Below, piece after piece: positions 28,023-39,179 of a stretch of 64,000 nucleotides of DNA. The DNA lies in NCBI GenBank assembly GCA_036403195.1, contig DASWRL010000047.1, forward strand, positions 1,462 through 65,461, in the 5' to 3' direction. The notes under the pieces were generated by a model that had not been told where the DNA came from, did no database searches, and saw nothing but the letters and a program-made list of their open reading frames with translations. Within the stretch, counting starts at the first letter, position 1; every line of letters begins with the position of its first letter. Source of the stretch: Gaiellaceae bacterium. GTDB lineage: Bacteria; Actinomycetota; Thermoleophilia; Gaiellales; Gaiellaceae. Both the position numbers and the translations under genes were made by a program.

Positions 28023-28942
28023 CAGTCGTTCCCTTCGAGACGCGAGGTGACGGCGAGGAACTTCTCCTCCAGGGTCGCGCGGGCGGGCTCGAGCCGGGAC
28101 ACGCGGACGCCGCCCGCGACGAGCAGCTGGTTGACGTCGGCCGACGTCAGGTCGCCGGCGAGCGTCAGCCGCAGCTCGGACCCCTCGAGCTCGACGTGGG
28201 TGACACGCGGCTCGGCTGCGAGGAGCGTGCGGGTCGCGGCGGGATCGTCGACCCCGAGCAGCACCGTCGGCTGTCCCGTCGCCGCCACCTCGTCCACCGC
28301 TCCCTGGAGGATCACCCGCCCCTGGTCGACGATCGCCACGTGATCGCACACCTTCTCGACCTCGTCGAGCAGGTGCGAGGACAGAAAGACCGTTCGCCCT
28401 TCGTCGCAGAACGCGCGGATCAACCGCCTCATCTCGAGGATGCCCGCCGGGTCGAGACCGTTCAACGGCTCGTCGAGGATCAGGAGCGCCGGGTCCGCGA
28501 GCAGGCAGCGCGCGATTCCGAGCCGCTGCCGCATTCCCAGCGAGTACGTCTTCACCCGGTCGTCGGCGCGCGCCGTGAGGCCCACTCGCGCCAGCGCGTC
28601 CGGGATCCGCGCATCGGCCGCGCGCTCACGCGCAGCGGCGATGATCTTGAGGTTCTCGCGGCCGGTGAGATGCGGATGGAACCGCGGCTCCTCGACGATC
28701 GCCCCGACGCGGGCGAGCGCCTCGCGACGTTTCTGCGGCTGCGGCAGGCCGAGCAGCACCACCTCGCCGGAGCTCGGCGCGGTCAGCCCGAGGAGCGTCC
28801 GGATCAGCGTCGTCTTCCCGGCACCGTTCGGCCCGAGGAACCCGAAGGCGACGCCCTGAGGCACGACGAGGTCGACTCCGTCGACGGCCGCTCGATCGCC
28901 GAATCGTTTGACGAGCGCCCGCGTCTCGATCGCGACTTCCAC
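28022..28942 (-). CDS. ABC transporter ATP-binding protein (DrrA/ABC-2 type)
   Basis: Walker A GPNGAGKTT, signature YSLGMRQRLGIARCL and Walker B LILDEPLNGLD. Confidence 0.93.
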   Translation of the reverse strand: MEVAIETRALVKRFGDRAAVDGVDLVVPQGVAFGFLGPNGAGKTTLIRTLLGLTAPSSGEVVLLGLPQPQKRREALARVGAIVEEPRFHPHLTGRENLKIIAAARERAADARIPDALARVGLTARADDRVKTYSLGMRQRLGIARCLLADPALLILDEPLNGLDPAGILEMRRLIRAFCDEGRTVFLSSHLLDEVEKVCDHVAIVDQGRVILQGAVDEVAATGQPTVLLGVDDPAATRTLLAAEPRVTHVELEGSELRLTLAGDLTSADVNQLLVAGGVRVSRLEPARATLEEKFLAVTSRLEGND

Positions 28943-29084
28943 CGCTACACGCTATGCATGGACCCACCCGTTCGCAACGACGCCGCCCGGCAGAAGGCCA
29001 GAGCGTCGCGCGCGGGTTGCTTCGGCCGGCCGGGCGCTCTAGCATCGCCTCGACCCGGGGTCGCGGCCATAACGAGGAGGTCCC

Positions 29085-29447
29085 ATGGCAGGCGTGGAGG
29101 TAGGAGACTTCGGCTCCCCCGACGAGACGAGAGCGCCGGACAAGACCACGATCGAGATCGTGCGCATCGGTGGTGCGACTGCGTCGCGGATGCGACTGGA
29201 CGTCGGCTGGAGATGGTCGGACTGCGTGAAACCGGTCGTCGGCGGCGAGCGCTGCCAGGCTCACCACGTGGGTCTTCTCCAGTCCGGGACGATGCACGTC
29301 CTGCACGACGACGGCACCGAGCAGGAGATCCACGCGGGACAGGCGTACGTGATCGAGCCCGGGCACGACGCCTGGGTCGTGGGCGACGAGCCGGTCGTCG
29401 GGTTCGAGTTCGATTCACGGACCGCCGAGGAGTACGCGAAAGCGTGA
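29085..29447 (+). CDS. Cupin-domain protein
   Basis: AGGAGG RBS. Beta-rich 120 aa with CQAHHVGLLQSGTMHVLHDDG...YVIEPGHDAWVVG. Confidence 0.7.
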   Translation: MAGVEVGDFGSPDETRAPDKTTIEIVRIGGATASRMRLDVGWRWSDCVKPVVGGERCQAHHVGLLQSGTMHVLHDDGTEQEIHAGQAYVIEPGHDAWVVGDEPVVGFEFDSRTAEEYAKA

Positions 29448-29466
29448 ACGCAGGTCCGCGACCGAC

Positions 29467-30039
29467 CTACTCGACGCTTCCCGGCAGCGTCGGGTGGTCG
29501 GTCGGATACACGCCGACGGCGAATCCGTAGACGGTCTCGCCTGCCCGTGGAAGGCGGTCGAACTCCGCGACCAGCGACACCATCCGCTCCCAGAACTCCG
29601 ACGCCTGCGCCTCCGTTATGCGCGCGTGGCGGATGAATCCCCACAGCTTCCCGTCGCGGTAGGCGGCGCCCGACTCCTGAGCGGCGACCTCGAAGTCGTT
29701 GAAGTCCCGGGGCAGCTCGTCGCCGACCGCACCGCGCTCCACCCCGACGTAGAACAGCCGGGCGGTGCGGCCGTAGAAGCGCTCCTCGATCGCCCGCACG
29801 CGCCGCGTCCGCACCACCCGCAGCAGTCCCGCCTCCGTGAGGACCTTCACGTGGTGGGCGGTCGTGCTCCTCGGGCGGCCGACCGCGGTCGCGAGCTCGC
29901 TCACCGTCGCCGCCCGCTCGTGGAGGAGGTGGAGGATCGCCGTGCGCACGGGGTGGCCGATCGCCTTCACCTGGGACGGCTCCGTGAGCGCGAGCCGGTC
30001 GGCGAGCTCGTAGTCGGGCGGAGAGGCGTTGCCGGCCAT
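29467..30039 (-). CDS. ArsR-family (wHTH) transcriptional regulator
   Basis: VKAIGHPVRTAILHLLHERAATVSELATAVGRPRSTTAHHVKVLTEAGLL. An alternative start is at 30072. Confidence 0.8.
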   Translation of the reverse strand: MAGNASPPDYELADRLALTEPSQVKAIGHPVRTAILHLLHERAATVSELATAVGRPRSTTAHHVKVLTEAGLLRVVRTRRVRAIEERFYGRTARLFYVGVERGAVGDELPRDFNDFEVAAQESGAAYRDGKLWGFIRHARITEAQASEFWERMVSLVAEFDRLPRAGETVYGFAVGVYPTDHPTLPGSVE

Positions 30040-30061
30040 GCACGAACAGGCTATCTTTCCC

Positions 30062-30069
30062 GAACGTTC
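30062..30069. promoter_or_regulatory. 8-bp palindrome GAACGTTC in the divergent ArsR/hydrolase intergenic region. Candidate operator.
   Basis: Seen directly in a locally AT-richer context. Confidence 0.2.
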
Positions 30070-30104
30070 CATTATGTTGGATCATTCGCCAGGGGGTCTC
30101 TCAG

Positions 30105-30677
30105 ATGACCGAGATCGTGCTGTACCACCACGTCCAGGGCCTGACCGACGGCGTGCGGTCGTTCGCCGACGACCTGCGGCGGGCCGGGCACACCGTCCAC
30201 ACGCCCGACCTCTTCGACGGGCGCACCTTCGACACGATCGACGCCGGTATGGCGTACGCGCGCGACGCGGGGTTCGAGACGCTCGCCGAGCGGGGCGTCG
30301 CCGCCGCCGAGCCGCTCGGCCCGGCGGTCGTCTATGCCGGCTTCTCGATGGGCGTGATCATCGCGCAGAGGCTCGCGCAGACGCGGCCCGGCGCGCGCGG
30401 CGCACTGCTCATGTACTCGTGCCTCCCGGTGTCGGAGTTCGGGCAGACGTGGCCGGAGGGCGTGCCCGTGCAGATCCACGGCAAGGCCGACGACGAGTTC
30501 TTCCTCGAGGACGTCGACGCCGCACGTGCGCTCGTCGACTCGACCGACCGGGCGGAGCTCTACCTCTACCCCGGCTCGGAGCACCTCTTCGCGGACTCCT
30601 CACTGCCGGCGTACGACGCGGCGGCCGCCGCATTGCTCACCGAGCGCGTGCTGGCGTTCCTCGACTCGCCGCAATGA
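30105..30677 (+). CDS. Dienelactone hydrolase-family alpha/beta hydrolase
   Basis: VLYHHVQGLTDGVRSFADDLRRAGHTVHTPDLFDG and GFSMGV nucleophile-elbow-like motif. Confidence 0.8.
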   Translation: MTEIVLYHHVQGLTDGVRSFADDLRRAGHTVHTPDLFDGRTFDTIDAGMAYARDAGFETLAERGVAAAEPLGPAVVYAGFSMGVIIAQRLAQTRPGARGALLMYSCLPVSEFGQTWPEGVPVQIHGKADDEFFLEDVDAARALVDSTDRAELYLYPGSEHLFADSSLPAYDAAAAALLTERVLAFLDSPQ

Positions 30678-31237
30678 CGGGCTCCACCGTCAAGGCCCTC
30701 GACGAGACGACGTGGGACGCGTTCGCCGCGCTCGTCGAGAAGAACAACGGCGTCTTCGGTGGCTGCTGGTGCATCGGCTTCCACCCGGAGGGAGGCGGCA
30801 AGGACGCGACGCCGGCGCTGAACCGCCGGCGCAAGCTCGAACGGGTCCGCGCCGGCACGGCGCACGCGGCGCTCGTCTTCGACGGAGACGATTGCGTCGG
30901 CTGGTGCCAGTTCGGCGCTCCCGACGAGGTGCCGCGGATCAAGAGCCGCGCCGCCTACGAGAAGGGGCAGTCGATCCGACCCGACTGGCGGATCGCGTGC
31001 AACTTCGTCGGCAAGGGGCACCGGCGGCGGGGCGTCGCGACGGCGGCGCTCGCCGGCGCGCTCGACCTGATCGCGTCCCTCGGCGGCGGGATCGTCGAGG
31101 GGTACCCGGAGGCCGCGGGATCGGTGCCCGCCGGGTTCCTCTTCAACGGCGCGCTGTCGACGTACGAGCGGCTCGGCTTTGTGCGGGACCGCCGGATCGG
31201 CAAGCACCGCTGGGTCGTGACCAAGGTGATCGGCTGA
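30674..31237 (+). CDS. GNAT-family N-acetyltransferase
   Basis: ATGA overlap with the hydrolase stop. Motifs CWCIGFH, GKGHRRRGVATAAL and YERLGF. Confidence 0.8.
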   Translation: MTGSTVKALDETTWDAFAALVEKNNGVFGGCWCIGFHPEGGGKDATPALNRRRKLERVRAGTAHAALVFDGDDCVGWCQFGAPDEVPRIKSRAAYEKGQSIRPDWRIACNFVGKGHRRRGVATAALAGALDLIASLGGGIVEGYPEAAGSVPAGFLFNGALSTYERLGFVRDRRIGKHRWVVTKVIG

Positions 31238-31240
31238 GGC

Positions 31241-32851
31241 TCACTGCACGACGGTGTGCTGCATCGCCCACAGCGCGGCGGCGGCTCGCGTCGAGACCCC
31301 GATCTTGCCGTAGATGTGCTGGATGTGGTGGTCGGCGGTCTTGGGAGAGATCGTGAGGCGCTCGGCGATGTCGCGGGTCGTGAGGCCTCTCGCCGCGAGG
31401 CGCAGCACCTCGACCTCGCGCCGGGTCAGCCCGCCCGGGTTGTGCTGCCGCTTGCCCGCGTTCGTCCGCGGCTCGCCGTGGCCCGCCGCGACGAGCACCG
31501 CGCGCGTGGCACGCGACTCGAGCGCACCGGTCGAGTCGAGCCGGCGCAACTCGGCCGCCGCGTCGTCGGGCGCGAAGGCGGCGCGGTCGGCGCGGTCGGC
31601 GGTGAGCCCCACGTAGACCTCCGTCGCGGCGAGGACGCACGCCGCGAGGTCGTCGACGTCGCTGCGCACGCGCTTGTGGTAGCCGGAGCCGTCGCACCTC
31701 TCGTGGTGCGAGCTAGCGACGCCGTTCATCGCGCCGAGCGACGGCGAGCGACGGAGCATCTGCTCGGTCAGCATCGGATGTAGCTCGACGCGGTCGAACT
31801 CCGTCCGCGTGAGCGGCCCCGCCTTGTCCCAGATCGAGTTCGGGACGGCGGTCGTGCCGAGATCGTGCACGAGCGCCGCCCGTCGAGTGGCCTCGACGGC
31901 GTCCTCGGGAAGACCGAGGATGCGGCCCGCGTCGGCGGCCAGCTCCGCGCAGCGGCGGCTGTGCCCGTTCATGTACGGCGACTTCAGGTCGACGAAATCC
32001 GCTACGGCGGTGAGGGCGTCGTCGAGGTCCTCGCCGCTCAGCAGCCGGTGCGGCTGCGGCTCGAGCGCGAGCACCGCGTCCCACGGGTCGGTGCCCTGCA
32101 GCCGCTCGAACCAGCCGCCGCCGTGCGCGACGAAGAGGTCCGCGAGCGCGGGGTCGTAGGTGCGGTCGCGCCGGTCGCGCGCGGCCTCGAGAGCCTGCTC
32201 GGGGGAGAAGAGGCGGCCGATCGCCTCCATGTCGTGGCTGACGTGCACGATCCGCATCGCGAGCGGGATCGCCTCCCCCTGCGCGTGGTTCGGGAAGCCC
32301 TTCCCGTTCCAGCGCTCGAAGGTGAACGCGAGCGCCTCGCGCACGCGCGGGTCGAAGTCGAGCCGCTGCACGAACATGTCCGCGACCTCGCAGCCGGAGG
32401 AGAAGTTGTGCACGGCCCACTCGTGCGCCTTCTCCTGCAGCATCGCCACGATCTCGCCCTGCTCCGACTCCGAATGCCCGGCAGTCGCGAACGCGACGAC
32501 GTCGCGCATCACCTCCGCCGGGTTCGCGGCGTCGTGGACGAGCGTCTGCGCGCGGATCGCTATCTCGTCGCCGAACACCGTCGCGACCTCGTGTGCGTGC
32601 CCGGTGCAGCCGAGGTACCGGAGCAGCGCGACCCAGTACACCGTCTCGCGCACCTCGTCGTCGAGCCCCGCCGCCTCGCACATCCAGGTGGCGAGGAGGC
32701 ACGAGCGCAGCTGCGACTCGAGCGGCTGGCCGAACGCGTTGTCCTGAGCGAGCGCGAGCGTGGCGACGAGCTCACCGAGGCGAAGCGATGTGCCTAAGAT
32801 GGGGTGTCCTCCCGATGTATCGCTCACGACCATCGGGGACGATGCTCTCAC
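31241..32851 (-). CDS. HD/HD-GYP-like domain protein fused to a C-terminal LuxR-type HTH
   Basis: HDLGTTAVP...HHERCDGSGYHKRV (HD-GYP-like, with GYH in place of GYP). C-terminus LTRREVEVLRLAARGLTTRDIAERLTISPKTADHHIQHIYGKIGV. An alternative start is at 32833. Confidence 0.8.
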   Translation of the reverse strand: MRASSPMVVSDTSGGHPILGTSLRLGELVATLALAQDNAFGQPLESQLRSCLLATWMCEAAGLDDEVRETVYWVALLRYLGCTGHAHEVATVFGDEIAIRAQTLVHDAANPAEVMRDVVAFATAGHSESEQGEIVAMLQEKAHEWAVHNFSSGCEVADMFVQRLDFDPRVREALAFTFERWNGKGFPNHAQGEAIPLAMRIVHVSHDMEAIGRLFSPEQALEAARDRRDRTYDPALADLFVAHGGGWFERLQGTDPWDAVLALEPQPHRLLSGEDLDDALTAVADFVDLKSPYMNGHSRRCAELAADAGRILGLPEDAVEATRRAALVHDLGTTAVPNSIWDKAGPLTRTEFDRVELHPMLTEQMLRRSPSLGAMNGVASSHHERCDGSGYHKRVRSDVDDLAACVLAATEVYVGLTADRADRAAFAPDDAAAELRRLDSTGALESRATRAVLVAAGHGEPRTNAGKRQHNPGGLTRREVEVLRLAARGLTTRDIAERLTISPKTADHHIQHIYGKIGVSTRAAAALWAMQHTVVQ

Positions 32852-32906
32852 GTTCCATCGTGTTGTCGCTCCAGGCGACAGGACGACCTCCGGGGAAGGG
32901 AGAGAG

Positions 32907-34046
32907 ATGACGACACATGCTCGCAGCGAAGATCTCGTGAAGGTCGGCGTGATCGCCGATCAAACGGGGCCGCTCTCGATCATGGGCCTTGCGAACGCGA
33001 ACGTCGCCAGAATGGTCGTCGGCGACCTGAACGCCAAGGGCGGCCTGCTCGGCCGCCACGTGGAGCTCTGCCTCGAGGACGGCGCGACCGACGACGGTGT
33101 CGCCGCCGCGGCAGCGCGGAAGCTCGTGGAAGAGGATCAGGTCGACGTCGTCTTCGGCGGCATCTACAGCTCGACGCGCCAGGCGATCAAGGGCCCGGTC
33201 GTGACGGAGGCCAGGACGCTCTACATCTACCCCGAGCAGTACGAGGGGCAGGAGTCCGACCCGCTCATCTTCTGCACGGGGCCGGTACCGGCGCAGCAGG
33301 TCGACCCGTTCATCCCGTGGCTGATGCGCGAGACCGGCGCGAAGCGCTTCTACCTGCCGTCCGCCGACTACATCTGGCCGCACGTCCTGAATGCGCGCGT
33401 GCGCGAAGCCGTCACCGCGAACGGCGGCACGATCGTCGGCGAGGAGTACTTCCCGCTCGACCACACGGACTACGCGGCGACCGTCGAGCGGATCGCGTCG
33501 AGCGGCGCGGACGCCGTCTTCAACACGATCGTCCCGCCGGGGCTCATGCCCTTCTTCGAGCAACTCCACGACTCGGGGTTCACGAGCCGCGGCGGGCAGC
33601 TGATCTGCACCTACTTCGACGAGAACCTCCTGGGCGCGCTGCCCCCCGCCCAGGTCGACGGCCTCTACGGCTGCCTCGACTACTACCAGACGGTCGCCGA
33701 CCCGTTCAGCCGGAAGCTGCTCGCGCAGTACGACGCGCTGTACCCGGGCGGCGCTCAGTTCACGGGCGGCAGCGCCTGCTCCGGCCTCTACCGCGGGCTG
33801 CGGCTCTGGGCCGCCGCGGTCGGCGAGGCGGAGTCGCTCGTCCAGGAGGACGTGATCGCGGCGCTCGACCACGCCCGCATCGACGAGGGCCCGGGCGGGC
33901 CCGCGGCGATGGTTCCCGGGCAGCACCACCTGCGGATGAACATGTACATCGCGCAGGCCCGCGGCGGACGCTTCGAGATCGTCGAGAGCCTCGGCGCGAT
34001 CGATCCGCACGAGCGCACCGTCGGCACCCCCGCCCTCACCGCCTGA
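32907..34046 (+). CDS. AmiC-like (type-1 PBP fold) amide/urea-binding sensor protein without a signal peptide
   Basis: VKVGVIADQTGPL..., YPEQYEGQE, SADYIWP, EEYFPL and VFNTIVPPG parallel P. aeruginosa AmiC motifs. GGGAGAGAG lies before the ATG. No N-terminal hydrophobic leader. Confidence 0.85.
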   Translation: MTTHARSEDLVKVGVIADQTGPLSIMGLANANVARMVVGDLNAKGGLLGRHVELCLEDGATDDGVAAAAARKLVEEDQVDVVFGGIYSSTRQAIKGPVVTEARTLYIYPEQYEGQESDPLIFCTGPVPAQQVDPFIPWLMRETGAKRFYLPSADYIWPHVLNARVREAVTANGGTIVGEEYFPLDHTDYAATVERIASSGADAVFNTIVPPGLMPFFEQLHDSGFTSRGGQLICTYFDENLLGALPPAQVDGLYGCLDYYQTVADPFSRKLLAQYDALYPGGAQFTGGSACSGLYRGLRLWAAAVGEAESLVQEDVIAALDHARIDEGPGGPAAMVPGQHHLRMNMYIAQARGGRFEIVESLGAIDPHERTVGTPALTA

Positions 34047-34072
34047 CCCACACACGACGAGAGGAGAGCACG

Positions 34073-34345
34073 ATGCTACTCGCGACAACGCAGGTCGAGG
34101 ACGTCGACCGCTTCATGGACGTCTTCACGACGACGGGCGCCGAGAAGCGCAAGGAGCACGGATCGAAGGGCGCGGTCGTCTTCCACGACCCGTCCGAGTC
34201 GGATCGGGTCTGGGTCGTGTTCGACTGGGACGAGGCGGGCTGGAAGAGCTTCGTCTCCGACCCCGACGTCCCGGCGATCCTCGCGAGCGCCGGCCACAAG
34301 GGGAAGCCGCAGGCCGCACTGCTCGCCGGCCGCTGCGACGGCTGA
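34073..34345 (+). CDS. Small (90 aa) alpha+beta-barrel-like protein (ABM-like), hypothetical
   Basis: GAGGAGAG RBS. MLLATTQVEDVDRFMDVFTTTGAEKRKEHGSKGAVVFHDP... Confidence 0.55.
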   Translation: MLLATTQVEDVDRFMDVFTTTGAEKRKEHGSKGAVVFHDPSESDRVWVVFDWDEAGWKSFVSDPDVPAILASAGHKGKPQAALLAGRCDG

Positions 34346-34347
34346 GT

Positions 34348-34362
34348 CCCGCGCCGCGCGGG
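34348..34362. terminator. Short GC hairpin (cccgcg ccg cgcggg) between convergent genes
   Basis: Seen directly. 6-bp stem only. Confidence 0.3.
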
Positions 34363-34366
34363 CGGG

Positions 34367-36229
<1,863 letters not shown>

Positions 36230-36285
36230 GCGCGGAGGGTAGTCGGCCGAGGCCGGGGGCCGCGCCCCGGCCTCGGCCCTGTCGG

Positions 36286-37797
36286 TCAGGCCGCAGCTTC
36301 CTCCGGCACGGGGACGCGCCTGCCGAGCGACAGCGGCTCGGCCTGCGCAGCGCTCTCGTCGGCGGCCGGCTCGAGCGCGACCGCGGCGATGACCGCTGTC
36401 GCGGCTGTGACCGCGGCGAGGACGTAGAACGCGATCTGGAAGCCGTGCGTGAGCGCGGCTCCGCCGAGCGGCGACGAGCCGGGGTGGCTCGAGACCCAGT
36501 GGCGGGTGAACGTCGTCGCCACCGTCGTCACCGCTGCGACGCCGATCGCACCGCCGACCTGCTGGCCGGTGTTCAGCAGGCCCGAGGCGACACCGGCGTC
36601 GGCCGGGTGGACGCCTGCGAGCGCGCCGATCGACATCGGCACGAAGATCAGCGCCAGGCCGATCCCGCCGAGGACGAATGCGGGGAAGATGTCCCAGAAG
36701 TAGTGCCCGTGCACCGGCAGGCGGGCCTGCAGGAGCAGGCCGGCGGTCGCGAGCACGAGGCCCGCCGGCAGGACGAGCCGGATCCCGACTCTGGTGACGA
36801 GCGCCTGCGCGAGCCCCGAGAAGACGATGACGGCGAGCGTGAACGTGAGGTACGCGACGCCGGTCTTCAGCGCCGAGTAGTGCAGGACCTGCTGCATGTA
36901 GAGCGTCAGCAGGAAGAACTGGGCGAAGACGGCCCCGCCGCTGAGCAGCGACACGAAGTTCGACGTCGAGAGCGTCCTCAGCCGGAAGATCTGGAGCGGG
37001 AGCAGGGGCGCCTTCGAGCGGCTCTCGACGACGACGAACGCGACGACGAGCGCCGCCGACGCGGCGAGAAGGGCGATCGTCTCGCCCGTCAGCCAGCCGT
37101 GCTGGCTCGCGTGGGTCAGCGCGTAGACGAGCACCATCAGCCCGCCGGTCACCGTCGCGGCCCCGGCGGTGTCGAAGTGGCGGTGGTTCAGCTGCGCGCG
37201 GCTCTCCTGCAGCAGGCGCGGCGTGACGGCGAGGACGAGCACGCCGACCGGCACGTTGATGAAGAAGATCCACGACCAGCTGAGCGCGCTCACGAGCACG
37301 CCGCCGAGGAGGACACCGGCCGCCGCTCCGCTGCCGGAGACGGCGCCCCAGATCCCGAGCGCGAGGTTCCGCTCGCGCCCCTCGCGGAAGGTCGTCGTCA
37401 GGATCGAGAGGGCGGCGGGGGCGACGAGCGCCGCGCCGAGGCCCTGCAGCGCCCGGAACGCGATCAGCGACGTCTCCGACCACGCGAGCCCGTCGAGGAG
37501 CGAGCTGACGGTGAAAAGGGCGAGGCCGGCGGCGAACATGCGCCTGCGGCCGAGGAGGTCGGCCATGCGACCGCCCAGGAGCAGGACGCCCCCGAAGAGG
37601 ATGGCGTACGCCGTGATCACCCATTGCAGGCCGGACTCGCTGAAGTGCAGGTGCGTCTTGATCGTGGGCAGCGCGACGTTCACGATCGCCACGTCGAGCA
37701 CGACCATGAACTGCGCCGCCACGAGCACGGCGAGCGCGAGCCACTGCCGGCTCGAGATCGGCTTCGGTTGCGGGACGGATGCGGTGGTTGCGGCCAT
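36286..37797 (-). CDS. MFS transporter, DHA2 (EmrB/QacA, 14-TM) family
   Basis: [27 protein letters not shown] and [25 protein letters not shown] lies before the ATG at 37797. Confidence 0.92.
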   Translation of the reverse strand: MAATTASVPQPKPISSRQWLALAVLVAAQFMVVLDVAIVNVALPTIKTHLHFSESGLQWVITAYAILFGGVLLLGGRMADLLGRRRMFAAGLALFTVSSLLDGLAWSETSLIAFRALQGLGAALVAPAALSILTTTFREGRERNLALGIWGAVSGSGAAAGVLLGGVLVSALSWSWIFFINVPVGVLVLAVTPRLLQESRAQLNHRHFDTAGAATVTGGLMVLVYALTHASQHGWLTGETIALLAASAALVVAFVVVESRSKAPLLPLQIFRLRTLSTSNFVSLLSGGAVFAQFFLLTLYMQQVLHYSALKTGVAYLTFTLAVIVFSGLAQALVTRVGIRLVLPAGLVLATAGLLLQARLPVHGHYFWDIFPAFVLGGIGLALIFVPMSIGALAGVHPADAGVASGLLNTGQQVGGAIGVAAVTTVATTFTRHWVSSHPGSSPLGGAALTHGFQIAFYVLAAVTAATAVIAAVALEPAADESAAQAEPLSLGRRVPVPEEAAA

Positions 37798-37810
37798 TCG
37801 TTTGCTCCTC

Positions 37811-37851
37811 TGATCGTTCCTTGTACTGACGATATTCGGGATCAACGATCA
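37811..37851. promoter_or_regulatory. Inverted repeat TGATCGTT-N25-AACGATCA in the MFS/MarR divergent intergenic region. Candidate MarR operator.
   Basis: Seen directly in the most AT-rich stretch of this intergenic region. Confidence 0.3.
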
Positions 37852-37872
37852 GGCGCGCTACAGTTATTCCCG

Positions 37873-38424
37873 ATGACCGAGGCGCGGGCGATCCGGGCGA
37901 TCCAGACGGCGGGCATGCCGAACTGCGTCCCGGAGGAGCTCCTCTCGAGCCCGGCGTTCCTGCTCGCCCGCCTCGGCATGTCGGTCAAGGCGGAGGTGAT
38001 CGACGAGTTCGAAAAGGCCGGCCTGAGCCCGTACCACTACAGCGTGCTCGCGCTGCTCGACGAGGGCGAGCGCGAGACGCAGGCGACGATCGGGGACGTT
38101 CTCGGCTTCGACCGCACGACGCTCGTCGGCCTGCTGGACGCGCTCGAGCGCGACGGGCTGATCCACCGGCGGCGCGACGCCGACGACCGGCGCCGGCACG
38201 TGGTCGGGCTGACGCCGGCGGGGCGGCGGAAGCTCCGCAGCTACCGGACGCTCGCGGCGCGGATCGAGGACGAGATCTTTTCGCCGCTCAGCGCGGCCGA
38301 CCGCGCGGAGCTCCACCGCATCCTCCTCGGGCTCGCCGCCCACCGGGACGAACGGTTCGTGCGGCCGCCGGCGTTTGGCGATACTCCCGACCATGGGAGC
38401 GATCGACCCCCAGGGAACCCGTAA
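37873..38424 (+). CDS. MarR-family transcriptional regulator
   Basis: [68 protein letters not shown]. Confidence 0.88.
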   Translation: MTEARAIRAIQTAGMPNCVPEELLSSPAFLLARLGMSVKAEVIDEFEKAGLSPYHYSVLALLDEGERETQATIGDVLGFDRTTLVGLLDALERDGLIHRRRDADDRRRHVVGLTPAGRRKLRSYRTLAARIEDEIFSPLSAADRAELHRILLGLAAHRDERFVRPPAFGDTPDHGSDRPPGNP

Positions 38425-38626
38425 GGACGGCCTCGATGCGTTCCTCGAGCAGAAGGTGAAGGAGGGGTACACCGTCGAGACCCGCACCGACACGCACGCG
38501 ATCGTCGCGCGCCGCCCGAGAGGGCTCAAGCGCTTCATGAGCGGAGCCGACCCCGGTCGCTTCGTGGTCGAGGTCGACGAAGATGGCATTGCCAAGATGC
38601 GGCCGGCCGAGCCGCGCCGTACGTGA
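38393..38626 (+). CDS. Small hypothetical protein (77 aa)
   Basis: [41 protein letters not shown]... It overlaps the MarR 3' end. The start is uncertain (38375 or 38393). Confidence 0.45.
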   Translation: MGAIDPQGTRKDGLDAFLEQKVKEGYTVETRTDTHAIVARRPRGLKRFMSGADPGRFVVEVDEDGIAKMRPAEPRRT

Positions 38627-38668
38627 CGCGGTCGCCGGCCGCGAGCGCACCGACAAGGGAGGCAGGGG

Positions 38669-38767
38669 ATGGCGTCCAAGGACAAGAACGCGAAGAAGAG
38701 CATGGAGAAGAAGCCGGCCCAGAAGACGCTGAAGGAGAAGCGGCTGGCGAAGAAGGCGAAGAGCTAG
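38669..38767 (+). CDS. 32-aa lysine-rich small ORF (MASKDKNAKKSMEKKPAQKTLKEKRLAKKAKS)
   Basis: Not in the ORF track. GGGAGG lies 7 nt before the ATG. All 13 Lys codons are AAG. TAG stop at 38765-38767. Confidence 0.45.
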   Translation: MASKDKNAKKSMEKKPAQKTLKEKRLAKKAKS

Positions 38768-38857
38768 CGCTCGGCGGAGACAGGGGTCGCGGGTGGGGCG
38801 GTGGCGCGCCTTGCCCGCGCTCGCCGCCGGCGCGGGACGTTCGCATACAGTGGGTGC

Positions 38858-39163
38858 GTGGCGGTCACGCTGAAGATCGGCGGCGTCCTGCAGGAGCTGC
38901 CGGACGCCGACGCCGCGTCGCTCGCCGAGGAGCTCCGTGCGATCGGCGACGGCTATCGCGGCGACTACGCGTCGTCCGAGGTTGCGTACGCCGTCGCCGA
39001 CGCGATCGAGGATCGCCTCGACGTCGGCGACGACGAGGCGATCAGCGTCAACGACCCGGAGGCGCTCGAGGCGCTCCAGCGCGCGTTGAACTCGGTCGTC
39101 CACGAGGTCGGGCCGGCGATGCAGCTCCACAACATCGCCGACATGGCACGCCGCAGCGGCTGA
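38858..39163 (+). CDS. Small acidic hypothetical protein (about 101 aa)
   Basis: GTG start inferred (VAVTLKIGGVLQELPDADAASLAEELRAIG...). GC3 is high. Confidence 0.45.
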   Translation: MAVTLKIGGVLQELPDADAASLAEELRAIGDGYRGDYASSEVAYAVADAIEDRLDVGDDEAISVNDPEALEALQRALNSVVHEVGPAMQLHNIADMARRSG

Positions 39164-39179
39164 CGGCGCAGCACCCGGC

